From: Silvanigrellaceae bacterium
GTDB lineage: Bacteria > Bdellovibrionota_B > Oligoflexia > Silvanigrellales > Silvanigrellaceae
Assembly: GCA_049423385.1 (NCBI GenBank)
Contig: JBMSQQ010000025.1
Location: 1 to 39,554 of the forward strand
Reading direction: 5' to 3'
DNA: 39,554 nucleotides
The notes under the pieces were generated by a model. The model searched no databases and was not told the origin of the DNA. It saw only the letters and a list, made by a program, of their open reading frames with translations. Position numbers and translations under genes: made by a program. Shown here piece after piece: positions 1 to 9,962 of this stretch (position 1 is its first letter; each line of letters starts with the position of its first letter).

Positions 1-624
1 TCACTCGATGTATTGGCAGTCTACGTTCACCGTGACAACCCAATCAAATCCCTGAGTCTGCAGGACGTCGACGCGATTTTTTCCAAAACCCGCAAGGCCG
101 GTGCGGCAAAGGACATCGTCACTTGGGGTGACCTCGGCGTGAAAGGAGAGTGGGCAAGCAAACCCATCCAACTCTATGGCCGAAACAGCGCATCGGGAAC
201 GTACGGCTACTTCAAGGAGCACGCACTTGCCAAAGGTGATTTCAAGGACAGCGTGAAAGAGCAACCTGGCTCTGCTGCCGTGGTCCAGGCGGTTGCGTCT
301 GACAAATTCGGCATCGGTTACAGCGGCATTGGCTACAAGACCGATGCGGTCAAGGCCGTTCCGCTCTCGCTCAAACCTGGCAAGGAAGCAGTCGCAGCAA
401 CTGAAGAAAAGGCCTTGTCGGGAGTGTACCCGTTGGGACGATATCTACTGATCTATTTGAACAAAACTCCGAACAAGGAACTTGATCCGGCGCGTCGCGA
501 GTTTCTGCTCTATGTATTGTCTGCGGAAGGACAAGAAGCGGTTGAGAAGAACGGATACATTTCATTGCCGCTCAAAGTTCTGAAACAAGAACGCGCCAAA
601 TTGGGCGCAGTGACCGGAGGCTGA
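1..624 (+). CDS. pstS: Phosphate ABC transporter substrate-binding protein (5' end outside window)
   Basis: Frame open from base 1. Motifs YGRNSASGTYGYFKE, IGYSGIGY and YPLGRYLLIY are typical of PstS. Directly upstream of pstCAB. Confidence 0.93.
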   Translation, partial: SLDVLAVYVHRDNPIKSLSLQDVDAIFSKTRKAGAAKDIVTWGDLGVKGEWASKPIQLYGRNSASGTYGYFKEHALAKGDFKDSVKEQPGSAAVVQAVASDKFGIGYSGIGYKTDAVKAVPLSLKPGKEAVAATEEKALSGVYPLGRYLLIYLNKTPNKELDPARREFLLYVLSAEGQEAVEKNGYISLPLKVLKQERAKLGAVTGG

Positions 625-629
625 AGCCT

Positions 630-3338
630 TTGTACAAAACCCGCCGCAGGGCGTTGTTGATAGATCATTTATCCACGGGTGTTATCACTGCTGTTGGACT
701 CAGCGTCATTCTGGCTGTCGCCGGAATGATGCTTTTCCTTGTTCTCAGCAGCTGGCCACTGTTCAAGAGAGAATCCATCCAGGCGGTGGGCTCAATGTCC
801 GGATTGGGCTTTGAAGCCAATGCAGGTCCAGGCGAACTCTTGTTCGACGACAATGCGCCCATCGGCTTTGTTCTGCCCGGCCCCGGCAGCAAGTCATGCA
901 CAATCCGTGCGCGATCGGTTGAGAAACCATCAAGCAAGAACAGCGCAGCCGATTCAACGCAGACGCAGTACCGCCAGCAATTCATTCTCTCAAAAAACGG
1001 GGCCGCTGCTGCTGACTCAAGCAACATTCCGCTCACTTTGATTCAAACCGACGAGCGGACGTCACTCGAATCCGCGATCCAAGACCAGCTCGAATGCAAC
1101 ACGCAATCTGAAGGTCGCTGGCTCATTCGCGACGGCCAAAGCCTAATTGCAGGCCGAATTCAGTTCGTGCGGAGTTTTCTTTCCAGCGAGGAACTTCGCG
1201 AACTCTCCAACGAAGTCAGGCAAGCTCTCAAGGAAAAGCGTTGGGCCATTGTGGGCCAGGATATTCTCGTCAAACCATCGGCGCAGTCTCCCAGTGCAAG
1301 ACTCATCCTGCAGCATGACATCGAGTGGTCTTTGCCCGACTTTTTCTCCCGGAATCCAATGACCCGGCTGAATGAAATCCGCTTTGTCCACCGTCCCGGC
1401 AAAAAGGACGGAGTGCTCGTCACAACGGGCAACAATGTTCCTGCGCGTTATTCAATCGTGAGCATTGCAGAAAACGAAATCACTGGCGAAAAGACAACCA
1501 CCAACAACGAGCTGAACATTCCATCTGCGCTCGAATCGCAGTCACCGTTTTTGCAATTGAATCCGGTTTGGATTGAAGGTCGCTATTTGCTTGTCGTGGA
1601 ATCGACGTCTTCGCTTCAGGCTTTTGACCTCGAAGACGGACAATTGTTGGGATTGAAACTCGCCATTCCAAAAGAGTTGGGGACAATGGCCACCCTGTCT
1701 GGCAATTTTGGCGGAGCGTCTGTTTTCGCAGAGTTCAAGACGGATGGGCAATTCAGGTGCTCTTCTCTCGACGCCGGGGTGGCAATCCGGAAGGCAGCAA
1801 ATGCGCCTGAACGAATGGCGGAATTGCCCGTATTGTGGTCGGACTTTTGTTCGCCGTCGATTCGCCTGATGCCTCATCCACATCAACGCGCGATCTACCG
1901 CTGGCTTGAGAGTTCGGCTGCGGCTTCTGATTCGCGCAAGGATTCAGGAAAACTTGAAGTCCGTGAATTGACCACCGGTCGCATCGCCGTCACAAAGGAA
2001 TTGCCTGCATTGGCATGGCGCACTGCTGTTACCGATGGCAAAGGCAACTTGATTGCCTGGAGCGTTCCCGAAACCAAAAGCATTGAAATCATTCGTCTCG
2101 ACGCACCGCATCTGGAGGTTTCACTCCAGAGTTTGTTCTCGAAAATTCGCTATGAAAGCTATGAAAACGCCTCCTACTCGTGGCAAAGCACCTCGGGCAA
2201 CGACGAGTTTCAATCCAAGTTTTCTCTCATTCCGCTGATCTGGGGAACCATAAAAGCAACGCTCTACTCGCTCCTGTTCGCAGTCCCGCTTGCAATTTTT
2301 GCAGCTGTCTACAGCAGTGAAATTCTCGATCGCCAAACCCGAAACGTCGTCAAGCCCACGCTCGAAATGATGGCCAGCGTTCCATCGGTGGTTCTTGGCT
2401 TTCTTGCTGCGATCATCATCGCGCCGTGGATTGAAAACCACATCCTGAGTGTTTTGCTGATAGGTGTTGCCATGCCTTTCATGCTCTACGCCGCAGGAGT
2501 TTTCATGCAGATCCCTTCGGCTCGCCACCTCACGACCCGGGGCCTCTATGCCTCCCGACGGCTTTTGGTTTGGGTTATCCTCGGTTTCGTCGCACTCATC
2601 TGGATGCTGGGACGTGCTGGATTGTGGATTGAAAAAACGGCTTTTGGGGGAGATCTGAAAGCGTTTCTTTCAGGCGGACCCGGAACGGAAGGTGTTCTGT
2701 GGGGTTTGCTGATGCTGCCGCTGATATTTATCGGACTGTGGAGTCTACCTGTCCGCAAAGCCCGCAATTGGTATCGAATCAGCGTCTTCGTTCTTGGGCC
2801 GATATTGTCTGTATGGTTGGGATCCTTTTTCTCCGCGCACACGACACTTCGGGATGATGTGCTTGGAATGTATGCTCAACGCAACACGCTTGTCATTGCG
2901 ATCGCGATGGGTTTTGCGATTATCCCTATTATCTATTCGCTTGCCGAAGATGCGCTGACGTCCGTTCCTGCAAGCCTGCGAGCAGGTTCGCTGGCTTGTG
3001 GCGCGTCGGTTTGGCAAACCACGGCAAGGGTCGTCCTTCCGACAGCAGCCAGCGGCCTTTTCTCGGCAATCATGGTTGGACTCGGACGAGGAATTGGGGA
3101 AACCATGATTGCCGTGATGGCAACCGGCAATACGGCTGTCATGACCTTGAACCCATTTGATGGACTCAGAAGCATGGCGGCAAACATTGCGGTTGAGTTG
3201 CCGGAAGCTGCTCAGGGAAGTACGCATTACCGCATCCTTTTCCTGTCCGCGCTTGTGCTTTTCATGTTCACCTTTTCACTCAATTCATTTGCGGAATTTT
3301 TGCGGGCTCGGTACCGGGCGCGCAACAAGGCACTTTGA
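630..3338 (+). CDS. pstC: Phosphate ABC transporter permease PstC, long form with ~490-aa soluble insertion
   Basis: TTG start with GGAGG at 616-620. One N-terminal TM helix, then a C-terminal permease core (GTIKAT, KPTLEMMASVPSVVLG, EAA-like loop SLRAGSLACGAS, RGIGETM, LPEA). Confidence 0.88.
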   Translation: MYKTRRRALLIDHLSTGVITAVGLSVILAVAGMMLFLVLSSWPLFKRESIQAVGSMSGLGFEANAGPGELLFDDNAPIGFVLPGPGSKSCTIRARSVEKPSSKNSAADSTQTQYRQQFILSKNGAAAADSSNIPLTLIQTDERTSLESAIQDQLECNTQSEGRWLIRDGQSLIAGRIQFVRSFLSSEELRELSNEVRQALKEKRWAIVGQDILVKPSAQSPSARLILQHDIEWSLPDFFSRNPMTRLNEIRFVHRPGKKDGVLVTTGNNVPARYSIVSIAENEITGEKTTTNNELNIPSALESQSPFLQLNPVWIEGRYLLVVESTSSLQAFDLEDGQLLGLKLAIPKELGTMATLSGNFGGASVFAEFKTDGQFRCSSLDAGVAIRKAANAPERMAELPVLWSDFCSPSIRLMPHPHQRAIYRWLESSAAASDSRKDSGKLEVRELTTGRIAVTKELPALAWRTAVTDGKGNLIAWSVPETKSIEIIRLDAPHLEVSLQSLFSKIRYESYENASYSWQSTSGNDEFQSKFSLIPLIWGTIKATLYSLLFAVPLAIFAAVYSSEILDRQTRNVVKPTLEMMASVPSVVLGFLAAIIIAPWIENHILSVLLIGVAMPFMLYAAGVFMQIPSARHLTTRGLYASRRLLVWVILGFVALIWMLGRAGLWIEKTAFGGDLKAFLSGGPGTEGVLWGLLMLPLIFIGLWSLPVRKARNWYRISVFVLGPILSVWLGSFFSAHTTLRDDVLGMYAQRNTLVIAIAMGFAIIPIIYSLAEDALTSVPASLRAGSLACGASVWQTTARVVLPTAASGLFSAIMVGLGRGIGETMIAVMATGNTAVMTLNPFDGLRSMAANIAVELPEAAQGSTHYRILFLSALVLFMFTFSLNSFAEFLRARYRARNKAL

Positions 3339-3345
3339 GGACTTC

Positions 3346-5067
3346 ATGTTTGAATTTCTGCGGAAAAATTCAGATGCACATGCCATCACCAAAGGAAGTT
3401 CTGAACCTTCGGTGATTTTCAAAACGGCAGTCCGCATCCGGTCGCGTGCATCCTACAATGCGACTGAAGGTGTTCCGTGGATCTGGGTGTGTGCTGGCGC
3501 ACTCGTGACAATACTGTTGCTCATTTTTGCCATGTTCGGGATCATCATCACACAGGGGATATCTGCCTTGTGGCCCCATGATGTGATTCAGGTGAAAACA
3601 GAAACAGGAAACTTCGTCGGGGTCATGACGCGCCTCGAAGAAGGAACCGATTCACAAACAGGTGCGAGAGTCAGTCGTCGACTTGTTTATCAAGCGAATC
3701 GAGACCTTGGCGTGAATGAATTTGCCTTTGTTCCCGTCGAACAGACCATCAATGCCGAAAAACCAAAAGAGCTCTGGTTTGTCGAACGTGCGGAATGGGG
3801 ACCCTTCATCGGCACCATTCTGAAGGCAAACGAAACACCCGCAAGCGAACTCACACACGAGGAAATCGAGCAGTCGATTGATGCCGCATCGCGGAGAATG
3901 TCGAGCATAAAATCAATTGAAAAAAAACAACTCGCTGATCTGAATGCACAGCTGGAGGATCTCCGACTTGAAAGAAAATCTGTCGAACTGAGGCTCGAGC
4001 AAGGCTTGATTGATTCCGCCAACGCGCAAAAGATCTCAGCAGACATTGATGCCAAACTACAGACTCTTCTGGCGGAGCACGGAAAAATTTCCGAGCAGGT
4101 TCAGAAAATGAGAGCCGAAGATGACAACTACAAGCTGACTCTTCTTGCTCCCAATGGCCAAACAAAAACACTGCCCGCCAGTCAGATTCTGCGTGCCTAC
4201 AAGCCGAACGACTCAAGTTTTGTGCGCAAGATTTTTATTTTCATGACCAAACTTTGGTCGTTTGTTTCCGAAGAACCGCGTGAAGCAAACACTGAAGGCG
4301 GGGTTTTTCCGGCACTGTTTGGCACTGTTGCCATGACATTGATTATGACGGTTGCCGTTTTGCCGGTGGGAGTCATGACTGCTGTGTACATGCGGGAAAT
4401 CGCAAAGCAGGGACTTCTGGTGAGTTTCGTGCGAATCGCCGTGAACAACCTGGCAGGCGTGCCTTCCATCGTCTACGGCGTCTTTGGAGTTGGATTTTTC
4501 TGTTATACTCTCGGAGCGTCCATCGACCAGCTTTTCTTTCAGGAAAAGTTGCCCAACCCGACATTCGGCACAGGTGGAATTCTTTGGGCAAGCCTGACGC
4601 TCGCACTTCTGACTGTTCCAGTGGTGATCGTCAGTACCGAAGAGGCGCTTTCGGCAGTTCCACGCTCTTTGCGCGAAGCTTCATACGGCTGCGGCGCAAC
4701 TCGCATGCAGACGTTGTGGAACATTGTGCTTCCAAAAGCCCTTCCAGGCGTCATGACTGGGCTCATTTTGGCCATGGCACGTGCCGTGGGCGAAGTGGCT
4801 CCACTTCTGATGACCGGGGTCGTCAAATTGGCTCCTGCGTTGCCTGTGGATGGACATTTTCCGTTTATTCATCTCGACCGCAGCTTCATGCATCTTGGAT
4901 TTCATATTTACGATCTCGGGTTCCAGTCCCGCTCAACGGAGCTCAGCAGGCCAATGGTCTTTGCTTCGACCTCACTTTTGGTGGGGGTTGTTTTGTTTCT
5001 AAATTTTGTTGCCATTAAAATCCGCTCGCAACTGCGCAAGCGATTCGAAGGACGAGGTGCATTCTGA
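3346..5067 (+). CDS. pstA: Phosphate ABC transporter permease PstA, long form with coiled-coil insertion
   Basis: ATG 3346 after GAGG. Motifs [55 protein letters not shown] overlap with pstB. Confidence 0.92.
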   Translation: MFEFLRKNSDAHAITKGSSEPSVIFKTAVRIRSRASYNATEGVPWIWVCAGALVTILLLIFAMFGIIITQGISALWPHDVIQVKTETGNFVGVMTRLEEGTDSQTGARVSRRLVYQANRDLGVNEFAFVPVEQTINAEKPKELWFVERAEWGPFIGTILKANETPASELTHEEIEQSIDAASRRMSSIKSIEKKQLADLNAQLEDLRLERKSVELRLEQGLIDSANAQKISADIDAKLQTLLAEHGKISEQVQKMRAEDDNYKLTLLAPNGQTKTLPASQILRAYKPNDSSFVRKIFIFMTKLWSFVSEEPREANTEGGVFPALFGTVAMTLIMTVAVLPVGVMTAVYMREIAKQGLLVSFVRIAVNNLAGVPSIVYGVFGVGFFCYTLGASIDQLFFQEKLPNPTFGTGGILWASLTLALLTVPVVIVSTEEALSAVPRSLREASYGCGATRMQTLWNIVLPKALPGVMTGLILAMARAVGEVAPLLMTGVVKLAPALPVDGHFPFIHLDRSFMHLGFHIYDLGFQSRSTELSRPMVFASTSLLVGVVLFLNFVAIKIRSQLRKRFEGRGAF

Positions 5068-5876
5068 TGCTCAATCCGGCCGATCTTCCCAAACCATACG
5101 TGCATTCGGAAATTCATTCCGGCCCCGCGCAGATCTCCATCCAGGAGTTCAACCTCTGGTACGGCAAATCACAAGCTCTGCACGACATCAATCTTCCCAT
5201 CCTGCAGCACCAAATCACTTCCTTCATTGGACCCAGCGGCTGCGGAAAGTCGACCCTGTTGCGCTCGATCAACCGGCTTAACGATCTTATCGACAACGTT
5301 TCCGTCACTGGAGATATCCGCATTGGCGAACGTTCGGTTTATGAGAGACATCTGGACGTCACATCGCTCCGCAAGCGGATTGGTATGGTTTTTCAAAAGA
5401 GCAATCCGTTTCCGATGAGCATTTATGAAAATGTCTGTTATCCCCTGCGGATTAGTGGAATCACGTCGCGCGCCATTCTGGATGAAGCTGTTGAGACAAG
5501 TTTGCGCTCGGCTGCACTTTGGGATGAAGTCAAGGACAGACTGAAACGAAGTGCCCTCGATCTTTCAGGTGGTCAACAACAACGTTTGTGCATCGCCCGG
5601 GCAATCGCAGGAAATCCGGAAGTTCTTCTGATGGACGAGCCGTGTTCGGCACTCGATCCGATTTCAACCGCCAAAATCGAAGAACTGATTCTTGAAATGC
5701 GAGGGCGTTTTACAGTGGTGATCGTTACACACTCGATGTCGCAGGCGTCGCGTGTCTCGGATCACACAGCATTTTTCTACCTGGGACGATTGATTGAGGC
5801 AGGACCAACAAAAACCCTGTTTGAAAATGCTCATGCCAAGGCAACCCAAGACTACATCTCCGGCCGTTTCGGCTAA
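5067..5876 (+). CDS. pstB: Phosphate ABC transporter ATP-binding protein
   Basis: Walker [26 protein letters not shown], signature LSGGQQQR, Walker B LLMDEP, C-terminal YISGRFG. Confidence 0.97.
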   Translation: MLNPADLPKPYVHSEIHSGPAQISIQEFNLWYGKSQALHDINLPILQHQITSFIGPSGCGKSTLLRSINRLNDLIDNVSVTGDIRIGERSVYERHLDVTSLRKRIGMVFQKSNPFPMSIYENVCYPLRISGITSRAILDEAVETSLRSAALWDEVKDRLKRSALDLSGGQQQRLCIARAIAGNPEVLLMDEPCSALDPISTAKIEELILEMRGRFTVVIVTHSMSQASRVSDHTAFFYLGRLIEAGPTKTLFENAHAKATQDYISGRFG

Positions 5877-5882
5877 ACCCGG

Positions 5883-7595
5883 CTAGAAAGGCTTGTTGTC
5901 GATTGCATTGATCATCAATGTGAGACTGCCGCTCGACGTGAGAATCCCTTTGACGTAAACAACATTGCTGCGCGCAACTTTTTTCCAGGGCATTGCAACG
6001 AATGAACTCAGGGTGATTGTTGTGCCATCGGACAAAAATCCGCTTCCACGACAAGGCGCACATTTTTTGGCCGGCCTGTCTTGCAACGTGATGGGGCCCA
6101 CAACGACGAAACTCTTTGGTCCAGCCTTGGCAAGATATCTCTTGAGATCTGCGCCGGTCACGAAAATGTCATTCCTGAATGCGGGTGCTGTCAATTTCGG
6201 AAGATCAACTTGATTGTTTGGAAGTGGACGAGCTTTGAGGTTGCTTTTTTTCTTGCCGCCTGTTTCTGGTGGCGACTTGTTGAACTGAGGTGCCTGCGTT
6301 GGAACAACGTTGGGAATTGCAGCCACCTTTTTCGTCCCTGGCTCGACACCCTCGGCGCGTTCTGGTTTCTGCTTCTTTTTGCGTTTCGGCGGAACAGTGG
6401 ATTCAAGGACTGGAGCAGAGGGCTCTGAGACTTCTGCTGTCGATGTCTCAATCGGGGCATTTTTCTTCTTGTAGTAAAAAAAAGCTGCAGTTCCCACAAC
6501 CAAGATCATTCCCAAAAATGCAACGGCGAGCGTTCGAAGATTCCAGGCCTGGGCACCGCTGCCAATTTGTCCATTCAAAAGACGCCCAATGTCGACCAGG
6601 CCAAATTTCTGTTTTGACCTTGAACCAGACCCCTTTCCGCGTCTGCGGGGAGCTGTCGGATTGACCCTGCGAAACTTTATTTGAGTCGCTGAAGTATGGT
6701 CAACCAGACTGACGGAACCTTCGCTGACCTTCGCTGGTGACTGCACCGCGTCATGCTTCCCGACTTTACGGGCACCAACACCCAACGGTTCGGCAGACTC
6801 AGAATCCAGGACAACTTCATCTTTTTTCGCATTGACACCTGGCAGTTTGCGCTTCTCGAATTCCTGGGTTTCCCGTTCACCTTCCTGAATGGCTGCAGCT
6901 GCTGCGCGGATGACACTGTTGCTGGTTTTGGAGGAAAACTCATTCTTCTTTTCGGGCTTCAGTGAAACGGGCGCAGAAGGTGTCAATGAAAATGGCGCTA
7001 CCTGCACCAACTCTCCCGACTCAATTTGCTCCGTGTTGAGCCTTTCTCTTTTGACATCGTCCCGCGATCTTTTTGCTCCTGCGAGTTCTGTTGTCAGAAA
7101 ATCAAAATCTCCATCGGATGGAATTTTGGGTTTTTCAAACGACAAACTCTGGGAATTTCCCCTGAAACCCGTCCGCGGACCAAATTGAACTTCATTCGAG
7201 TCCGTCTCGGGTTGCAGGGCTTTGGCGTTCATGACCGGCGGAGGCGGAGATGGTGGGAGTGGAGGTTCGGGTGGTGGCGGTGGTGGTATTGGTGCCGCTT
7301 GAGCATTTGGCCTTGTTCCGCCAGACAGAAGCGGAGTCACCGCTTTTTCGATATACATGGGCGATGCTATTTGAGTGGACTCATGCATGGGTGCAAGTTC
7401 ACGCACAATCGTTTTTTCGGATTCATTTTTCTCTTCGGTCCACTCCGGCAACATCCAAACCAACGGACGAAACACGCTGGATTGCTCTGGGCGAACCAAA
7501 AGCGTCAGAGGCCACTGCCCGCTCGCAACGCGCCGGCAGATCTCCAGTTCGCTAAAGGGACCCGTTCGGGTCCGTCCATCCCAAACAAACCACAT
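5883..7595 (-). CDS. Single-pass membrane protein with N-terminal GYF_2-like domain and poly-proline tract
   Basis: 570-codon ORF (ATG 7595; alternative TTG 7604). N-terminus WFVWDGRTRTGPFSELEI...GQW resembles GYF_2/DUF4339. TM LAVAFLGMILVVGTAAFFYY. C-terminal beta-rich domain with CAPC. Confidence 0.7.
   Translation of the reverse strand: MWFVWDGRTRTGPFSELEICRRVASGQWPLTLLVRPEQSSVFRPLVWMLPEWTEEKNESEKTIVRELAPMHESTQIASPMYIEKAVTPLLSGGTRPNAQAAPIPPPPPPEPPLPPSPPPPVMNAKALQPETDSNEVQFGPRTGFRGNSQSLSFEKPKIPSDGDFDFLTTELAGAKRSRDDVKRERLNTEQIESGELVQVAPFSLTPSAPVSLKPEKKNEFSSKTSNSVIRAAAAAIQEGERETQEFEKRKLPGVNAKKDEVVLDSESAEPLGVGARKVGKHDAVQSPAKVSEGSVSLVDHTSATQIKFRRVNPTAPRRRGKGSGSRSKQKFGLVDIGRLLNGQIGSGAQAWNLRTLAVAFLGMILVVGTAAFFYYKKKNAPIETSTAEVSEPSAPVLESTVPPKRKKKQKPERAEGVEPGTKKVAAIPNVVPTQAPQFNKSPPETGGKKKSNLKARPLPNNQVDLPKLTAPAFRNDIFVTGADLKRYLAKAGPKSFVVVGPITLQDRPAKKCAPCRGSGFLSDGTTITLSSFVAMPWKKVARSNVVYVKGILTSSGSLTLMINAIDNKPF
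7236..7292 (-). repeat. Poly-proline coding tract (PIPPPPPPEPPLPPSPPPP)
   Basis: Run of tgg/cgg/agg triplets on the + strand encoding 15 Pro in 19 codons on the minus strand. Confidence 0.85.
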
Positions 7596-7673
7596 AAAAA
7601 TCAAAAACTCCGGATCACGACATTCCGGAGGATGTATCGGAGCAATTCAGGATTAAATTCGCGGGGATGTCAT

Positions 7674-8309
7674 TCAACCGACAGCCGGCAATGGGCTCAA
7701 GAAAATTGACGAATTTGCTGTCAAATCATCTGAGTTCGAGTTGGATCTGACATCCAAAAGACGATCGCTGACCGACAAATCCACGTAACCAACCCAGGGT
7801 TCGGGAATGTTTCGACTCGTCAGTCCGTAGCGGAGTGCAAAAAGTGCCGTACGGTTGAATTGTGGTTGCTCCGGCATGCGTGGGAGATGGATTCCCAGCT
7901 CCTCTATTGTCCGGGCTCCTTTTCTCAAATTGCATGTCTTGCACGCGGTCACGATGTTATCCCAGCTCGTCTTCCCACCACGAGCCAAAGGAATGAGGTG
8001 ATCCAACGTGAGGTTGACCAGGGAACCCGAACAATTGCAGTACTGGCAGCGAAAACCGTCACGCAGATAGACGTTTTGCCTTGAAAACCGGGGACCATGT
8101 GCGCGGCGGATCTTGGGCGCACAATTGAACAGGCGAATGATCCAGGGAACCGTGAATGATTGCGAAACGCCTCGAATGAGCCTCGGAGAGTCGAGAACGG
8201 GCACTGCCCGGTCGGTGTACAGGAGAACAAAACCCACGTGAAGACCAACAATTTTCACAGGTTCGTATCGCGAATCGAGAACGAGGACACGTCTTTCAAA
8301 GTTCGCCAT
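7674..8309 (-). CDS. HNH endonuclease (McrA-like, zinc-binding)
   Basis: VLVLDSRYEP N-terminus, RQNVYLRDGFRCQYC, TLDHLIPLARGG, WDNIVTACKTCNLRKG. RBS GAGGAAGGTGG. Confidence 0.92.
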   Translation of the reverse strand: MANFERRVLVLDSRYEPVKIVGLHVGFVLLYTDRAVPVLDSPRLIRGVSQSFTVPWIIRLFNCAPKIRRAHGPRFSRQNVYLRDGFRCQYCNCSGSLVNLTLDHLIPLARGGKTSWDNIVTACKTCNLRKGARTIEELGIHLPRMPEQPQFNRTALFALRYGLTSRNIPEPWVGYVDLSVSDRLLDVRSNSNSDDLTANSSIFLSPLPAVG

Positions 8310-8451
8310 GACACCACCTTCCTCAAGTGGGATCGGAATAATTGCCGCAATATTAAGTCCAATTTGATGCGAATGGACTTCAATCGCGCGAACGTGGACA
8401 CTTTGAAAGTATTTCCGGCCACCTGGCCAAAGTCAAGATCATGGCGAAATG

Positions 8452-8649
8452 TCACCGGAAAGCAACAATCCACAACCCAATGATGACAACCGCGAGAGCC
8501 AGGGCAAAAACAATACCCAGTCCAAACTTCGACAAGCCACTGAGGCCAGTTTGCCGTCGGCTGTATTTTGACCACAACTCACCCGCTTCAGGATTTTGAA
8601 TTGAACCGGACGGGCGTGTCACGTCGTCGTCTTTTCCACTCTTTTGCAC
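8452..8649 (-). CDS. Small hypothetical protein with C-terminal transmembrane helix (65 aa)
   Basis: GAGGAG 6 nt before an in-frame GTG at 8649, 28 nt after the dus stop. Ends in hydrophobic FGLGIVFALALAVVIIGLWIVAFR. Confidence 0.6.
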   Translation of the reverse strand: MQKSGKDDDVTRPSGSIQNPEAGELWSKYSRRQTGLSGLSKFGLGIVFALALAVVIIGLWIVAFR

Positions 8650-8677
8650 AATTTTCTCCTCACAGAATGCAATGTCG

Positions 8678-9907
8678 TCAAGATTTTTCCACGACTGAAT
8701 CCGCCTTCCCTGCCCCGGCGAAAACCCAATCCCAATCGCTCCGATAGGCGAGATCGATAGTATCGTCTGACAATGATGCAAGTATTCTGTCCAACACATC
8801 CAGGAACGAAGTCCAGTCGCCCGCCCGCAACAAAGCGACCGAGGACTCCGGGCTCACCGCAAGACCGCTGCGGAGATAATTCCAGATCATCTTGGTGCGC
8901 GCGACACTCGCTCTGCCAATTTGCCACTGCTTCGGTTCCCAGCGGAATACCTGGTTGCGATAAAATGTCCGCTGCAACAGCTCCCGGATTTGCTCTTCAC
9001 GGATCGAAACAGACTCACCACAGCCGTGTCTCGCATCTGTCGCAAATACCCCGTCGACCACGGCAGTCAAAAAATCATTCCAATGATTCGCCTGAAGCTC
9101 TTGCATCAGAGCGAATTGCATCAAGGCCAAACGAAATTGCTCTCTGCCGACTCGAGTCTCTCCTCCACGAAGAGAAGAAAAGATCCATGGATTGCGCAAG
9201 GCACCGCGGCCCACAATGACACCCGAAACACTGGGGGCAACCTGCAGACGGGCTTGCAGGCTTGCAAGGTCCAGCACGTCTCCGGAACCATAAACCGGAT
9301 ATGGCAGACCTTTTGCGGCCGATTCGATGAATGACCATCGCGCGTGTCCCGTGTAGCGATCGGCCCTGGTTCGGCCATGAACCGTCAATCGTGCCAATGG
9401 CAACCGCGCAAGCACTTCGAGCAAAGTTTCAAATTCATCCTGATGATCAAATCCAAGACGCATTTTGACACTGACCCGCCCGGCTCCCAGGGCATCAACG
9501 ATTTTTCCGAGGTAATCGGCAAAACGCAGAGGATCTTTCAGGAGACTGCTGCCAGCCCCATGGCCGACCACAGTTGGAGATGGACATCCACAATTGATGT
9601 CAACGAAAGGAGTTTCTTCCAAAAAGCAATGGGCAATCCGAACCAGGTCTGCCTCATCGGAAGCCATCAATTGTGGAATGCAAGGTACAACACCATGTTG
9701 TTTCGACAATCGGGATTCTGGAAAGAAATTTGCTGAAATTCGCTTGCAAGGGTAATCTTTTGTCACCCGGAGAAACGGGGTGGTTGTGAAGTCGGGCGCG
9801 CTGTTTTGTGATATCCAAAGACGGGTCGCAAAATCGGTCACTCCCTCCATGGGAGCCAGACCAAGCCCAATCTGCGAAGAGCTGTCGCCCTGACTCTTCA
9901 CTCCCAT
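8678..9907 (-). CDS. tRNA-dihydrouridine synthase family protein
   Basis: LAPMEGVTD, DINCGCP (catalytic Cys), GAGSSLL, VSVKMRLG, TVHGRT, GDV, VGRGALRNPWIF. Subfamily (DusB/C) not resolvable by eye. Confidence 0.93.
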   Translation of the reverse strand: MGVKSQGDSSSQIGLGLAPMEGVTDFATRLWISQNSAPDFTTTPFLRVTKDYPCKRISANFFPESRLSKQHGVVPCIPQLMASDEADLVRIAHCFLEETPFVDINCGCPSPTVVGHGAGSSLLKDPLRFADYLGKIVDALGAGRVSVKMRLGFDHQDEFETLLEVLARLPLARLTVHGRTRADRYTGHARWSFIESAAKGLPYPVYGSGDVLDLASLQARLQVAPSVSGVIVGRGALRNPWIFSSLRGGETRVGREQFRLALMQFALMQELQANHWNDFLTAVVDGVFATDARHGCGESVSIREEQIRELLQRTFYRNQVFRWEPKQWQIGRASVARTKMIWNYLRSGLAVSPESSVALLRAGDWTSFLDVLDRILASLSDDTIDLAYRSDWDWVFAGAGKADSVVEKS

Positions 9908-9962
9908 TCTTCACCTTCTTTTCGCATCGATTCAAGACACTCGCCGAACAGGGGAAAACCTG

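Noticed and set aside
3157..3345. N-terminal extensions given in the ORF track (pstA 3157, S1 paralog 22162, rpsA 23314, tmk 31463, GH15 37209, PotD-like 22325)
   Set aside because: They overlap neighbouring genes or structured spacers. Downstream starts fit the family N-termini better, and most have a clear RBS or stop-start coupling.
7674..8309. HNH gene as an IscB/Cas9-like or mobile RNA-guided nuclease
   Set aside because: No RuvC motifs, PLMP domain, terminal repeats or array. It matches the widespread stand-alone HNH family.
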